From the NCBI GenBank assembly GCA_037439545.1, contig JBBIVV010000004.1, positions 14,887-78,886 of the forward strand: 64,000 nucleotides of DNA, given 5' to 3'. The stretch comes from a bacterium (lineage in GTDB: Bacteria; JAMCPX01). Both the position numbers and the translations under genes were made by a program. Positions 37,449-47,464 of this stretch are shown piece by piece (positions within the stretch are counted from its first letter, which is position 1; every line of letters begins with the position of its first letter). The notes under the pieces are model-generated. The model did not search any database and had not been told where the DNA came from. It was given only the letters and a program-made list of their open reading frames with translations.

Positions 37449-37558
37449 TTTTCCCACCTCCTCCGGTATTGTTTCTGCTCTGAGCGGGTTGCTTTCCGAG
37501 CAGAGACAATTCTGATTATTTCATCATCTTTACGATAGCAGTGACAAACCAGAAGAAA
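37445..37558 (-). pseudogene. brnT: Truncated BrnT toxin (C-terminal ~37 codons only)
   Basis: The minus-strand frame reads ...RIFLLVCHCYRKDDEIIRIVSARKATRSEQKQYRRRWEK*, matching the BrnT C-terminus (…IRIISARKATKKERKQY…). An upstream in-frame stop and no Met mean the N-terminal ~55 aa are missing. It overlaps brnA by 4 nt (ATGA). Confidence 0.55.
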
Positions 37559-37581
37559 AATCCGGCAGTATTATAACGGGC

Positions 37582-38061
37582 TCAGGGGGCCGGGTGTGTC
37601 AGTTTTTCTATCAACTCACGGTGTTCCGGGAATTTTTCCGATAAAGCTTTGCGGTTACCAAGCTCAAAATACTTGTATTCGAAGGGCGGTTCGCAAGAGC
37701 AGGTTACCAGGGAAAAAGAGCCTTGGTTTGCTACCTCTGCAGCAAACCATTTCCCGGGCGGAACGGTAAAGCGGGGGTTTGCGGGATTTAATTCAATCTT
37801 TGTCAGTCCTCCTCTTTCATCATAGTCAAGGACGTAGAGATATACGGGACTGTTCCCGGTCTCTTCTGTTACAAATGTCCATGTTTCTTTGACCGCTACC
37901 CGGTGAAAAGCTGAAAAACCATGACCCTGTTCCATGAGGTAGTAAATGTTAGTTGTTTTATCGTCTCTGAAGTTTTCCCAAAAACAACCTCCTTCGTTCT
38001 GGAGAGGACGAAGATGATAACGATCTTTCAATATGTCTGTCTGTGCGGGTTGTTCTTTCAT
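37582..38061 (-). CDS. Cupin-fold protein (DUF985-like)
   Basis: ~160 aa from the internal ATG (MKEQPAQTD...) with cupin-like core (YLMEQGHGFSAFHRV...WTFVTEE). Start uncertain. Confidence 0.4.
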   Translation of the reverse strand: MKEQPAQTDILKDRYHLRPLQNEGGCFWENFRDDKTTNIYYLMEQGHGFSAFHRVAVKETWTFVTEETGNSPVYLYVLDYDERGGLTKIELNPANPRFTVPPGKWFAAEVANQGSFSLVTCSCEPPFEYKYFELGNRKALSEKFPEHRELIEKLTHPAP

Positions 38062-38313
38062 GAAAATTCTTTTACCAGACCCCATAAAAAAGGACAAGGG
38101 GAAAGAGTTATGATTATGGCGGCGGCATTGAATTTTATCGGTGCTTACTTGAGCACAAAAGTCGCACAGACAACCGGCAGTGACATAGCAGCACCCAAGC
38201 ACCTGAGCCAGCGTGCGATCTTTTCGGCCATGCGTGCTGCTTTTATGTGGTCTGTTATTGCGGTCCTGCGCTTATTGCACGAACTTCTCCATTTTACCTA
38301 TGCGTTCTTCGGG

Positions 38314-40554
38314 TTAGTGGAGCATGCGCCTGAACCAGTCTATGACACTGTTTATTGCACCCTGCTTCGGCTCTGTCCCCGCTATAAAAGCTCCTGTGAC
38401 ACAGTTCGTAACGCCTTTCCCCGCCAAACCCGTGTGCCGGTCAACGCACGCAAATTTTATACCCGGAGGTATGTCAAATTTTCTTCCTCCATGCATATCC
38501 GTATACATTTCGAGGAACCTGCCGATGACCGGGAGCGCTATCTGTGCAGCAGGGCTTCCTATTGCGTTTTCCTCGTCATACCCGAGCCAATCAACAGCAA
38601 CCACATCAGGCGTGTACCCTGCAAACCATACGTCCCTGAAATCGTTCGTCGTTCCTGTTTTACCCGCGTAATCGCCTGCTATATGAAACTCCCGTAAGCC
38701 GCGCGCAGTGCCCTCTGTCGTACTTCCGAGCAGTATATTGTTCACGACATAGCAGCCTTGTGCAGTTCCTTGCGATTTAAATTCCAGATCAGCTTTATAA
38801 ATAATCGTGTCCTGCATATCGGTAATCGTTTTTATGCTTACCGGTACCTGCGGCTCATTCCCGTTGTTTGAAAAGATGGTATACGCGAGAGCGAGGCTCA
38901 GGGGTGAGGTCGTTATGCTGCCCAGTGCAAGGGACGGGAATGAAGGTATATCCGCACCGAATCCAAGCTGTTCCAGCAGCTCCGAGTTTTTGTCAAGACC
39001 TGTTTGCATGGCTACCTTTACTGCCGGTATATTGATTGAATGCTGGAGCGCATAGCGTGCGGTAATCGATCCCCTGAATCGCTTGTCATAGTTCTGCGGC
39101 TCCCACTCTCCTGCCCCGGATTTTATCCTGAGCATCGCATCTTCAAGTGTAGAGACCTGGGAAAACCCCTGCTTCGCCCTGCTCTCCAATGCAAGCATGT
39201 AGATAAACGGCTTGACACACGAGCCTATTTGTCTCCTGGACATGACGGCCCTGTTAAACTGGCTCGTGTTGTAATCCCTTCCGCCTATCATCGCAAGAAC
39301 ATATCCTGTCTGCGGCTGCAGGATAACCATGGCACCCTGCAGTTCTGCAGGTGCTTTATCCATTGCCTGTTCTGCCATGAGCTGTGTATCCATATCAATG
39401 GTGGTAAAGATCCTCAGGCCGTCCCTTGTTAAAAGTTCTTTTGAAAACCGCTCCTTGAGCTGATCTGATACATAATCCACGAAATACGGTGCTGATTTCA
39501 CCGTTATGTGGGACAGCTTAATATCCAGCGGTTCTGTTGCAGCCCGGTCATAGGTGTCCTGCGTAATGACCTGATACTTCAGCATCTTCGAAAGTACCAT
39601 ATTCCTTCTCTTGAGTGCATCCCCGGGGTTGTATATCGGTGAATATCTCATCGGCGATGCGATCAGGCCTGCCAGCATGGCGCTCTGAGTAAGGCTGAGC
39701 TGTCCTAAAGATTCCGAGTAATAATACCGGGCGGCAGCACCCATGCCTACTATGCTTACGTGGCCGTCCTGGCCAAGATAAATATCGTTTAAGTATGCGT
39801 TCAGTATCTGTGCCTTTGTAAACTTCTGCGCTATCATGATTGCCATAACTGCTTCTGTTATTTTGCGCCTGAAGGTCCGCCTGTTACTGAGAAACAGTAT
39901 CTTTACCAGCTGCTGGGTTATCGTACTCCCGCCCTGTCTTATGCTCATGGAAAGAATGTCCGCAAGCATTGCCCTGAAAATGCCGTTTATATCTATGGGC
40001 CCGTGCTCGAAGAACCTCGCATCCTCGGTAACAATGACTGCATTGATAACGTCATCCGGTATGGATGAAAGGCTTGCCGGTACCCTCATCTTAAAATCAT
40101 CGCCGAAAAAGACCGCGAGCTGTTCCGGTTCGAGCTCAAGGCTGTCCAGAGGCTTGCCGCCGGAAGTGCTTATCTCCGTTATCTTATTGTCCGACAACTC
40201 AACCACAGCCTGCACGGATTGTAGTGTATAAAAAGGCAGGTTGAATGTTTTTGTGTCTATGGAAACCCTGTTATCAGACACTTCATACGTGCCCTGCGAT
40301 GAAGGTGCGTTTCCTGTTTCGGTGTAACCAAGCCTTCCCAGTTTATCGATGAGCATGTCCCTGCTCATCCCCATGCCCTTTTTCAGGTAAGCTACATCGG
40401 AATACACGATGGATGGAGACGGGAAGCCCCTTGACAGGAAAAGGCCTGTTATCTTTGTATAAAGTATTCCCAGGTAAATGATGAGAACGACAACCAGGAG
40501 GCCTGCTGTCAGAGAAGCGAAACGAAAAATTCTTTTTCTGGTCCTTTTCTTCAC
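38314..40554 (-). CDS. mrcA: Penicillin-binding protein 1A (bifunctional transglycosylase/transpeptidase)
   Basis: N-terminal TM, GT51 motif EDARFFEH, transpeptidase SCVKP (SxxK) and KTGTTND. Confidence 0.9.
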   Translation of the reverse strand: MKKRTRKRIFRFASLTAGLLVVVLIIYLGILYTKITGLFLSRGFPSPSIVYSDVAYLKKGMGMSRDMLIDKLGRLGYTETGNAPSSQGTYEVSDNRVSIDTKTFNLPFYTLQSVQAVVELSDNKITEISTSGGKPLDSLELEPEQLAVFFGDDFKMRVPASLSSIPDDVINAVIVTEDARFFEHGPIDINGIFRAMLADILSMSIRQGGSTITQQLVKILFLSNRRTFRRKITEAVMAIMIAQKFTKAQILNAYLNDIYLGQDGHVSIVGMGAAARYYYSESLGQLSLTQSAMLAGLIASPMRYSPIYNPGDALKRRNMVLSKMLKYQVITQDTYDRAATEPLDIKLSHITVKSAPYFVDYVSDQLKERFSKELLTRDGLRIFTTIDMDTQLMAEQAMDKAPAELQGAMVILQPQTGYVLAMIGGRDYNTSQFNRAVMSRRQIGSCVKPFIYMLALESRAKQGFSQVSTLEDAMLRIKSGAGEWEPQNYDKRFRGSITARYALQHSINIPAVKVAMQTGLDKNSELLEQLGFGADIPSFPSLALGSITTSPLSLALAYTIFSNNGNEPQVPVSIKTITDMQDTIIYKADLEFKSQGTAQGCYVVNNILLGSTTEGTARGLREFHIAGDYAGKTGTTNDFRDVWFAGYTPDVVAVDWLGYDEENAIGSPAAQIALPVIGRFLEMYTDMHGGRKFDIPPGIKFACVDRHTGLAGKGVTNCVTGAFIAGTEPKQGAINSVIDWFRRMLH

Positions 40555-41483
40555 TTTACGACTAACTGCCGGTACTGCTCAAAGCCTTGTTCCGGTCTGG
40601 TCTTAAACCTGTTGTGCACCCAGAACCACTGCGCGGGCATGCTTTTTATGTGACGTTCGATCACATCCGTAAAATACTGCGTCCATTTTATCAGCGCCTG
40701 TTCCCTGTTTTTTTCGTCCGTTGGTATGATGGGCTTTTCATACCTTATGATGTAGCCCTTACGCACGGGGTTCTTTATGACATATCCCGGTACCACGGCT
40801 GCCCCTGTTTTTATCGCCATAAGTGCCATTGCATACTGCGTTGCCGCAGGCCTTCCGAAAAAGTTTACAAACACGGCCTCGTGTTTCAGCGTGTTCTGAT
40901 CCAGCAGCATTGCAATGGTCTTACCCTGTTTCAGTGCACGCATCAGCCTGAACACCGCGTTTCTCGGCCTCACTACCTCTATGCCCGAACTCGTTCGTAA
41001 TGCCTTTATATACTTGTCTATGTACGGATTATGGATGTCCTTTGCAACTGCAACAAGCCCGTTGTTTTTTATGCTGTGCGCAGCAGCGGCGAATTCCCAG
41101 TTTCCCAGATGGCTTGTAAGCAAAAACACCCCCTTGCCTCTTGCCTTTGCCTGCTCATAGTATTCCGTACATTGGAATTCAAACAATTCCTGCGTATTTG
41201 ATATATTGAATTTCCCTATGCGGGGGAAGGTCATGAATGTGGTGATTATATTTTTATAGCTCTCTTTGACAATCCGCGTTCTTTCGTCAATGCTCATTTC
41301 CGGGAACGCATACCCGATGTTCGTATGGGCTATGCTTCTGTGCTTCCTGTCGATGGAATACCACAGGGAACCGACCCGTTCAGAAATTACGCTTATGGTA
41401 GTATCCGAAAGACTATTGAAAAAAAATATTATGCTGCGCAGGAACACATACTCGATCCTGTATCTAATCTTTTTTAGCATCAC
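40551..41483 (-). CDS. lpxL: Lipid A biosynthesis lauroyl/myristoyl acyltransferase family (LpxL/HtrB)
   Basis: 310 aa with SHLGNWE (HX4E) motif and overall HtrB architecture; in operon with lpxK. Confidence 0.8.
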   Translation of the reverse strand: MMLKKIRYRIEYVFLRSIIFFFNSLSDTTISVISERVGSLWYSIDRKHRSIAHTNIGYAFPEMSIDERTRIVKESYKNIITTFMTFPRIGKFNISNTQELFEFQCTEYYEQAKARGKGVFLLTSHLGNWEFAAAAHSIKNNGLVAVAKDIHNPYIDKYIKALRTSSGIEVVRPRNAVFRLMRALKQGKTIAMLLDQNTLKHEAVFVNFFGRPAATQYAMALMAIKTGAAVVPGYVIKNPVRKGYIIRYEKPIIPTDEKNREQALIKWTQYFTDVIERHIKSMPAQWFWVHNRFKTRPEQGFEQYRQLVVK

Positions 41484-42517
41484 ATCATACCTTTTTTACT
41501 TAATACTTCCTTTACTGTTTTCCCGTCCATACTGAGTGCTATGTCTGCGAAAAGCCACGCGGTGTGTGCGTCCCTGACAATACCTTTTATCTTTACCGCA
41601 TCCTTGGCAGTTACGATCACCGCGTCCGCTTTATACCTGTTCACCATGTCCCTGAGCACGTATTCGTCATAGGTATAATGGTCGGGTTTCGCTATGCATT
41701 GCACGGGTTTTATTCCGATCGCCGACAGCGCATCGAAAAATTGCTCCGGGAATACGATACCTGCCATTGCAATGCTTTTTTTATACTGTAAACCTTTTAT
41801 GTCCACCGGCTCGTTTCTATCAATAGATTTTATAGCATCCATTGTATAGTAAAATGAAAATGTTTTGTCCTGTAGGTGGAACCGGTCCAAAACAGGCAGG
41901 AGTCCGGAGGTGCCGCCCTTTACACCGATGACATCGGCATACAGTAGTGAACGAACATGCTCCCTGAGAGGACCAGCCGGAAGCACATGGCGATTCCCGA
42001 ATCCTTTGTTCCCGTCAATGAGTAAAATCTCCATGTCCCTTTGGACCTGCAGGTGGGAAAACCCGTCGTCCAGTATGATGATGTCCGGCCGGTAATGTTC
42101 ATCAATAAACCGCACTGCTTCTGTTTTGTGTGCAGAAACTGCAACAATTGCATGCCTGGCTGACAGTGCTATAAGATACGGCTCATCGCCGCAGGTTTCG
42201 GGAGTACATAAAAGGTTTGTTCCGTCTGAGACCAGCACCACGCCCCTTACTTTCGCTTTATATCCCCTTGCGACAACGCCGATCTTTTTTGATTTGAGCA
42301 GAGAGCACAGGTGTATGACCATAGGTGTTTTGCCTGTACCGCCCATCGTAAGGTTTCCAACGGATATAACCTGTGCCCGCGGCCTATAAGATTTTATGAA
42401 ACCCTTTTTATAAAGTATTCTCCTGAACAGGATGATATACTGAAAAAAAAACGATACTATGATGAGTGGAAACAGGAGAGCGTCAGGTAAAAGCCCCTTT
42501 TTATAAAAGAATTTCAT
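41480..42517 (-). CDS. lpxK: Tetraacyldisaccharide 4'-kinase
   Basis: P-loop VISVGNLTMGGTGKTP characteristic of LpxK. Confidence 0.85.
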   Translation of the reverse strand: MKFFYKKGLLPDALLFPLIIVSFFFQYIILFRRILYKKGFIKSYRPRAQVISVGNLTMGGTGKTPMVIHLCSLLKSKKIGVVARGYKAKVRGVVLVSDGTNLLCTPETCGDEPYLIALSARHAIVAVSAHKTEAVRFIDEHYRPDIIILDDGFSHLQVQRDMEILLIDGNKGFGNRHVLPAGPLREHVRSLLYADVIGVKGGTSGLLPVLDRFHLQDKTFSFYYTMDAIKSIDRNEPVDIKGLQYKKSIAMAGIVFPEQFFDALSAIGIKPVQCIAKPDHYTYDEYVLRDMVNRYKADAVIVTAKDAVKIKGIVRDAHTAWLFADIALSMDGKTVKEVLSKKGMM

Positions 42518-42533
42518 TTATAAAAGAATCTTG

Positions 42534-42971
42534 TCAGGGTGCATAGAATGTAACAAGCAGTATCTGTTTTCCATCCGCCGTATTTATATAAAAGGCCACC
42601 TGTTTGTCGTGCCTGAGCATCTCGGCGATATATCTCGTGAATTTAACCTCATACCCTCCGTACCTTCCGATAGAGCCGCCTTTGTTTATAACCTGTATTG
42701 TCCCTTTGTAGGCTGTTCCATCCTGCGTGTCGATTTCTACATTATAGGTTTTCCCGGGAACAACCATCTCGCTGAAAGGGTCCTCCAGCACTTTACCTTC
42801 CCAGAGGGACCTGCCCCCTTCCGGAGGTATCAGGTTTACGGAAAATGCATCCCGCTGTTCCCTGAGCACTGCATAGCGTTCGCTCATTATTTGGTTGTCG
42901 CCGATGTTGTTGCTTCCGGCTGCACACGAGGTTGCGAATATTATAAGGATTAAGAAGAGTAATTTTTTCAT
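42534..42971 (-). CDS. Lipoprotein, unknown function
   Basis: Internal start MKKLLFLILIIFATSCA (lipobox) overlapping the mtnP stop. Confidence 0.45.
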   Translation of the reverse strand: MKKLLFLILIIFATSCAAGSNNIGDNQIMSERYAVLREQRDAFSVNLIPPEGGRSLWEGKVLEDPFSEMVVPGKTYNVEIDTQDGTAYKGTIQVINKGGSIGRYGGYEVKFTRYIAEMLRHDKQVAFYINTADGKQILLVTFYAP

Positions 42972-43843
42972 TTTATATACCCCTTGATTATATGTTTTAA
43001 TGAGTTTTTCGTTTTTTGCGGTAGAGCGTCCGTCGAGGTTAAAAAACTGTTCTTCAGGGCATGCGCACATGCACAACCCCTTTCCTCTTCGATACCGGGC
43101 AAAGCAGTCATTATTATATCCTTTGCATTCAGTACATTCCTCTTCATTATTTCAACCACATCTCCCGCGTCGACATCCTTCATGCCTTCATACCAGCAAT
43201 CGTAATCCGTTGCCATGGCCAGGGTCGCATAACATATCTCCGCTTCCCGTGCGAGTTTTGCTTCAGGCATGTTCGTCATGCCGATGACATCCACTCCCCA
43301 CTGCCTGTATACTTTTGATTCAGCCCTCGATGAAAACTGCGGCCCTTCCATGCAGAGGTACGTGCCGCCTTTATGAATAACCTTATTTTTGTTCTTTCCC
43401 GCTGTGTACAGCATGTCCGATAAAACAGGACATACCGGGTCTGCCATTGATACATGTGCGACAATGCCTTTCCCGAAAAATGTTGAAGCCCTGTGTTTCG
43501 TCAGATCTATAAATTGATCCGGTACGACGATGTCACCCGGTTTTATCTGCTCTTTCATGCTGCCGACCGCGCTCACCGAAATGATCCTTTGCACTCCAAG
43601 CATCTTCATGCCGTAGATGTTTGCCCTAAAATTTATCTCGCCCGGCGGTATGCGGTGTCCTCTCCCGTGCCTGGATAAAAATATGACCGTCGTATCGTGT
43701 ATAGTGCCTGTCAGATAGGCGTCCGACGGCCTGCCAAAGGGTGTAACGAGCTTTTTCTCTTTTATCTTTGTTAAGCCTTCTATTGAGTATAATCCGCTGC
43801 CACCGATAATACCGATAATTTTCCGCCTGTTTTTTTCTTCCAT
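42968..43843 (-). CDS. mtnP: S-methyl-5'-thioadenosine phosphorylase (PNP family)
   Basis: IIGGSGLY, MTAP-type core. Start at MEEKNRR preceded by GGAGGAG. Confidence 0.8.
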   Translation of the reverse strand: MEEKNRRKIIGIIGGSGLYSIEGLTKIKEKKLVTPFGRPSDAYLTGTIHDTTVIFLSRHGRGHRIPPGEINFRANIYGMKMLGVQRIISVSAVGSMKEQIKPGDIVVPDQFIDLTKHRASTFFGKGIVAHVSMADPVCPVLSDMLYTAGKNKNKVIHKGGTYLCMEGPQFSSRAESKVYRQWGVDVIGMTNMPEAKLAREAEICYATLAMATDYDCWYEGMKDVDAGDVVEIMKRNVLNAKDIIMTALPGIEEERGCACAHALKNSFLTSTDALPQKTKNSLKHIIKGYIK

Positions 43844-43968
43844 GTCTCCTCCGCGTCTTTCAGAGATATTTATCCTATTTTTTTTACATTGCAACCATTT
43901 TAAATTTCTTTCCGCTGCATTGCTTGTTGTATTTTTTAATATATGCTATAAATTAAAGAGTAAAGGGG

Positions 43969-44196
43969 GTGTCTATGGAAAAGAATGTCGGTTCAACGGA
44001 TAAACTCATACGATGGATCGTCGGTCTGGGGTTACTATCTATGATTTTCTGGGTAAACGGGTCATGGCGATGGATAGGATTAATCGGTTTTGTTCCCATA
44101 CTTACCGGCAGTATAAATTTCTGTCCGCTGTACAGCATCATCGGTATTTCAACGGCAAAAAAGCAGGATCAGCCGAAACCGGAAGAGAAAAAGTAG
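43969..44196 (+). CDS. DUF2892 (YgaP-like) small membrane protein
   Basis: 75 aa with two TM segments and INFCPLYSIIG motif. Confidence 0.6.
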   Translation: MSMEKNVGSTDKLIRWIVGLGLLSMIFWVNGSWRWIGLIGFVPILTGSINFCPLYSIIGISTAKKQDQPKPEEKK

Positions 44197-44312
44197 GCGT
44201 AAGCCCCGTGAGAAGCGACTCAGGTCAGAGTCGGCACTTTCATTGAGATAAATAGTAACAGGAAGTTAAACTTCTCACGGGGCGGCGGAAGAATATAAAG
44301 TTGTACCTTTTT

Positions 44313-44816
44313 TTAAAACTTTATAAATCTATCCCTTTTTGCACCGCATATAGGGCACACGTCCGGAGAATCGCCTTCTACGGTGTACCCGCAGAGATCG
44401 CATATATATAAGTCTTTTATCTGTATGTCTTTTCCCTGTTCTGCGGACAGTTTTGCCTGCGTGTACATGTCTTCGTGTATTTTTTCCGCTTCAAGAGCAT
44501 AGTTGGTCGTTCTTACGGCTGATTGTTCATTCTGGAGCTGGGCAACTGCCTTGAATGCCGGATACATGTCTTCCACTTCGTACGTCTCGCCGTTAATGGC
44601 GACCTGTAAATTTTTTATGGAATCGTTGATCTCTCCCAGTACCCTGTAATGATTTGTCGCGTGTACCTGTTCTGCGAACGATATTGCCTTAAACAGTCTT
44701 GCAAGGTTGGGCTTTTTTTCTTTTTCCGCCCTTTCTGAAAATATAAGGTATCTCATATGTGCCTGGGATTCTCCGGCGAACGCTTCCCTTAAATTTTGCT
44801 CTGTCATTTTTTTCAT
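44313..44816 (-). CDS. rbr: Rubrerythrin
   Basis: Ferritin-like di-iron four-helix region (two EXXH-type pairs) and C-terminal rubredoxin-like CDLCGY...CPICG. Confidence 0.8.
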   Translation of the reverse strand: MKKMTEQNLREAFAGESQAHMRYLIFSERAEKEKKPNLARLFKAISFAEQVHATNHYRVLGEINDSIKNLQVAINGETYEVEDMYPAFKAVAQLQNEQSAVRTTNYALEAEKIHEDMYTQAKLSAEQGKDIQIKDLYICDLCGYTVEGDSPDVCPICGAKRDRFIKF

Positions 44817-44840
44817 GATTCTTCTCCGTTTCGAGTTTGA

Positions 44841-45935
44841 TTACATTCTCATCGGCATAATCAAATTAAGGTGTTTTCTATTGTCATCGCCAAAAAATGT
44901 ACTGGCGCTTTGTTCGTTATTGAGTCCTATCGATAAAAATTCTCCTTCTATTGCATTGAGACTGTCGATAAGGTATCTGCCGTTGAATCCTATCTTGAGC
45001 GGTTTTCCGCTGTATTCTATTTCCAGTTCTTCCTTTACCTCTCCTATGTCCGGCTCATTACTTTCTATGGTGAGTATGTTTTTATCAATATTAAAAATGA
45101 CCCTTGATATTTTTTCCTGGTATATTGACTGGGCTCTTTTTATTGCAGATACGAGAGTGTCTTTCTTTATTTTTATATTTATTTTTGTTTCGGCAGGTAT
45201 GACTGCTTTATAATCGGGAAAATCATAATCAAGCAGTCTTATCTGAATGGTCGTGTTCCCATTTTTCACTATAAAATTCTTGTTTTTTTCTATGGCTATT
45301 TTTACTTCACTTTCACCGCTTATTTTTTTTATTTCAAAGAGGCCTTTCCTCGGTATGATAATTCCTTTTGTCATACCTTCAATTGTATTTATTTCTCCAT
45401 AATCGTATAATGAAAGTCTATGGCTGTCTGTTGCGATACATCTCAAACAATCCGGCATTTTTTCTATATATACTCCGTTTAAACTATATTTTACTTCATC
45501 TGTTGATGTCGAGTATATTGTTTTATCAATCATTTTTATCAATTGCTCGTAGGATATTGTCGTATATCCGCTTTTATATTCTTCTACCTTTGGAAAATCT
45601 TCTGCCTGTAAGACTTTTAATTTTCCGGATATTTTTCCTACGTTTATTTGCAAAAATCCATCTTCTTTTTTTATACTTATATCACTCTCCGGAAGTTCCT
45701 TTATATAATCATAAAACTTTTTTGCAGGTACTGCTACCTGCCCTTCTTTTATTACCGTACACGAAAGGCTCGTTATTATCGTTACCTCTAAGTCTGTCGC
45801 AATAATAGTTAATGCACTGTTTTCTGCTTTTAAGAGTATATTGGAGAGTATAGGCATTGTTGCCTTTCTCTCTGTTGCACCTATAGCTTTACTTATCTCT
45901 AATAATAAATTTCTTTTATCTATACTGATTTCCAT
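44841..45935 (-). CDS. dnaN: DNA polymerase III subunit beta
   Basis: 364-aa sliding-clamp three-domain architecture, immediately downstream of dnaA. Confidence 0.9.
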   Translation of the reverse strand: MEISIDKRNLLLEISKAIGATERKATMPILSNILLKAENSALTIIATDLEVTIITSLSCTVIKEGQVAVPAKKFYDYIKELPESDISIKKEDGFLQINVGKISGKLKVLQAEDFPKVEEYKSGYTTISYEQLIKMIDKTIYSTSTDEVKYSLNGVYIEKMPDCLRCIATDSHRLSLYDYGEINTIEGMTKGIIIPRKGLFEIKKISGESEVKIAIEKNKNFIVKNGNTTIQIRLLDYDFPDYKAVIPAETKINIKIKKDTLVSAIKRAQSIYQEKISRVIFNIDKNILTIESNEPDIGEVKEELEIEYSGKPLKIGFNGRYLIDSLNAIEGEFLSIGLNNEQSASTFFGDDNRKHLNLIMPMRM

Positions 45936-46123
45936 TTCTTTCTCCTACTATTATATTAATATATTTTAGTCGTAGTATATATTGTTTATAATTAAATAAA
46001 AATAATAACCATTTAATATATATATATATAATACATTATTTATTATGTTTATTTTATTGTTTATTTTCTGTTGATAAGTAACATAGTAAAGAAATTAAAA
46101 CTTTTCAACAGTTTTTTAATCAG
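45936..46123. other. Putative oriC segment / DNA unwinding element (dnaA-dnaN intergenic)
   Basis: 188-bp extremely AT-rich spacer with a (TA)8-like tract (atatatatatatata) and a DnaA-box-like TGTTGATAA (46079-46087). Confidence 0.4.
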
Positions 46124-47464
46124 CTATCCCATCCCTTTTTTAATCTTTTCAATAACATCTTTTACACTATGATCGTTTTTTATCATTCCTGTAATTTTAT
46201 TGACGGAATGTATGACTGTCGAATGATCCTTATTTCCGAACTGTACCCCTATTTCAGGAAACGACGCATTCGTTAATGTTCTGGAAAGGAACATGGCTAT
46301 CTGTCGAGGATAAGAAATATATTTCATTCTTCTGTCCGACAATAAGTCGGAGACCTTAATCTTAAAATGTGAAGCAACTGCTTTTTGTATGTCTTCTATG
46401 GTAAGCCACTTGTCTTTTCTCCTGATCAGGCTTGACAGCACTTCTTTCGCCACAGGTAAGTTTAATTTGGTCTTTGTGAGGCATTCATATGCGGATAGCC
46501 GTGTAAGATAACCCTCCAATTCCCTGATGTTCGATTGGGTATTGTAAGCAAGATAAAATGCGATTTCATCATCTATGCCTATATTATCCGCCTCTGCCTT
46601 TTTTTTAATGATGGCAACCTTTGTTTCTATGTCAGGGACCTGAATATCTGCGATAAGACCCATTTCAAACCTGCTTCTCAGGCGTTCCTCAATGTTGGAG
46701 ATCTCCTTCGGCAGCCTGTCAGAGGTAAATACTATTTGTTTTTTCTCCTGATATAGGGTGTTAAAGGTATGGAACATTTCTTCCTGAGACCTTTCTTTAT
46801 TTGAGATGAACTGGATATCATCTATAAGCAGTACGTCACAGTTTCTATAAACCTCCCTGAATATGTCCATCTTTTTATCCCGCAAATGGTTTACAAGATC
46901 ATTGACAAAATGCTCGGTAGTTATATAAATGATGTTAAGCCCGTCTTTTACCCCCTCTATTTGATTACCTATAGCGTTCAGAATATGTGTTTTACCGAGT
47001 CCCACACCGCCATATATGAACAGAGGGTTATATGCATTCCCAGGATTCTGAGCTACTGCCAGCGCTGCTGCACTTGCAAATTTATTGGATTCGCCCACAA
47101 TATAATTATCAAAAACATAGTTTTTCAATAAGCCTTTTGTATTGTTCATCGGAACAAAAGGGATCTTGTTATTGTCGGTAGTTGCAGTATCGGTATCGAT
47201 ATCTTCTCTATGATCAATGATCAACTCTATCTCAATATCCTCGCCTAAAACGTCTTTTGCAGTCTTTGTTATATCAGGGTGATAGTGGTTTCTTATCCAC
47301 TCTAAAGAAAAATCATCCGGCACTCCAAGTACCATATGATTATCATTAAAACTTATAGGATTTAAAATGGTTAGCCACGGATCATTATTGTTGTCCGTAT
47401 AAATATTAATCAATTCTTTTCTTATTTTATCCCATGCTTCCATACAGTTCCCCATCATTAACAT
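46124..47464 (-). CDS. dnaA: Chromosomal replication initiator protein DnaA
   Basis: 446 aa with AAA+ Walker A GGVGLGKTHIL, Walker B LLIDDIQF, and the C-terminal DnaA-box-binding domain (TNASFPEIGVQFGNKDHSTVIHS). Confidence 0.95.
   Translation of the reverse strand: MLMMGNCMEAWDKIRKELINIYTDNNNDPWLTILNPISFNDNHMVLGVPDDFSLEWIRNHYHPDITKTAKDVLGEDIEIELIIDHREDIDTDTATTDNNKIPFVPMNNTKGLLKNYVFDNYIVGESNKFASAAALAVAQNPGNAYNPLFIYGGVGLGKTHILNAIGNQIEGVKDGLNIIYITTEHFVNDLVNHLRDKKMDIFREVYRNCDVLLIDDIQFISNKERSQEEMFHTFNTLYQEKKQIVFTSDRLPKEISNIEERLRSRFEMGLIADIQVPDIETKVAIIKKKAEADNIGIDDEIAFYLAYNTQSNIRELEGYLTRLSAYECLTKTKLNLPVAKEVLSSLIRRKDKWLTIEDIQKAVASHFKIKVSDLLSDRRMKYISYPRQIAMFLSRTLTNASFPEIGVQFGNKDHSTVIHSVNKITGMIKNDHSVKDVIEKIKKGMG

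Noticed and set aside
37921-38697. 258-aa plus-strand ORF spanning the cupin gene and the 3' end of the PBP1A gene
   Set aside because: Antisense to the PBP1A gene (KTGTTND and related motifs on the minus strand) and crosses two genes; no family match.
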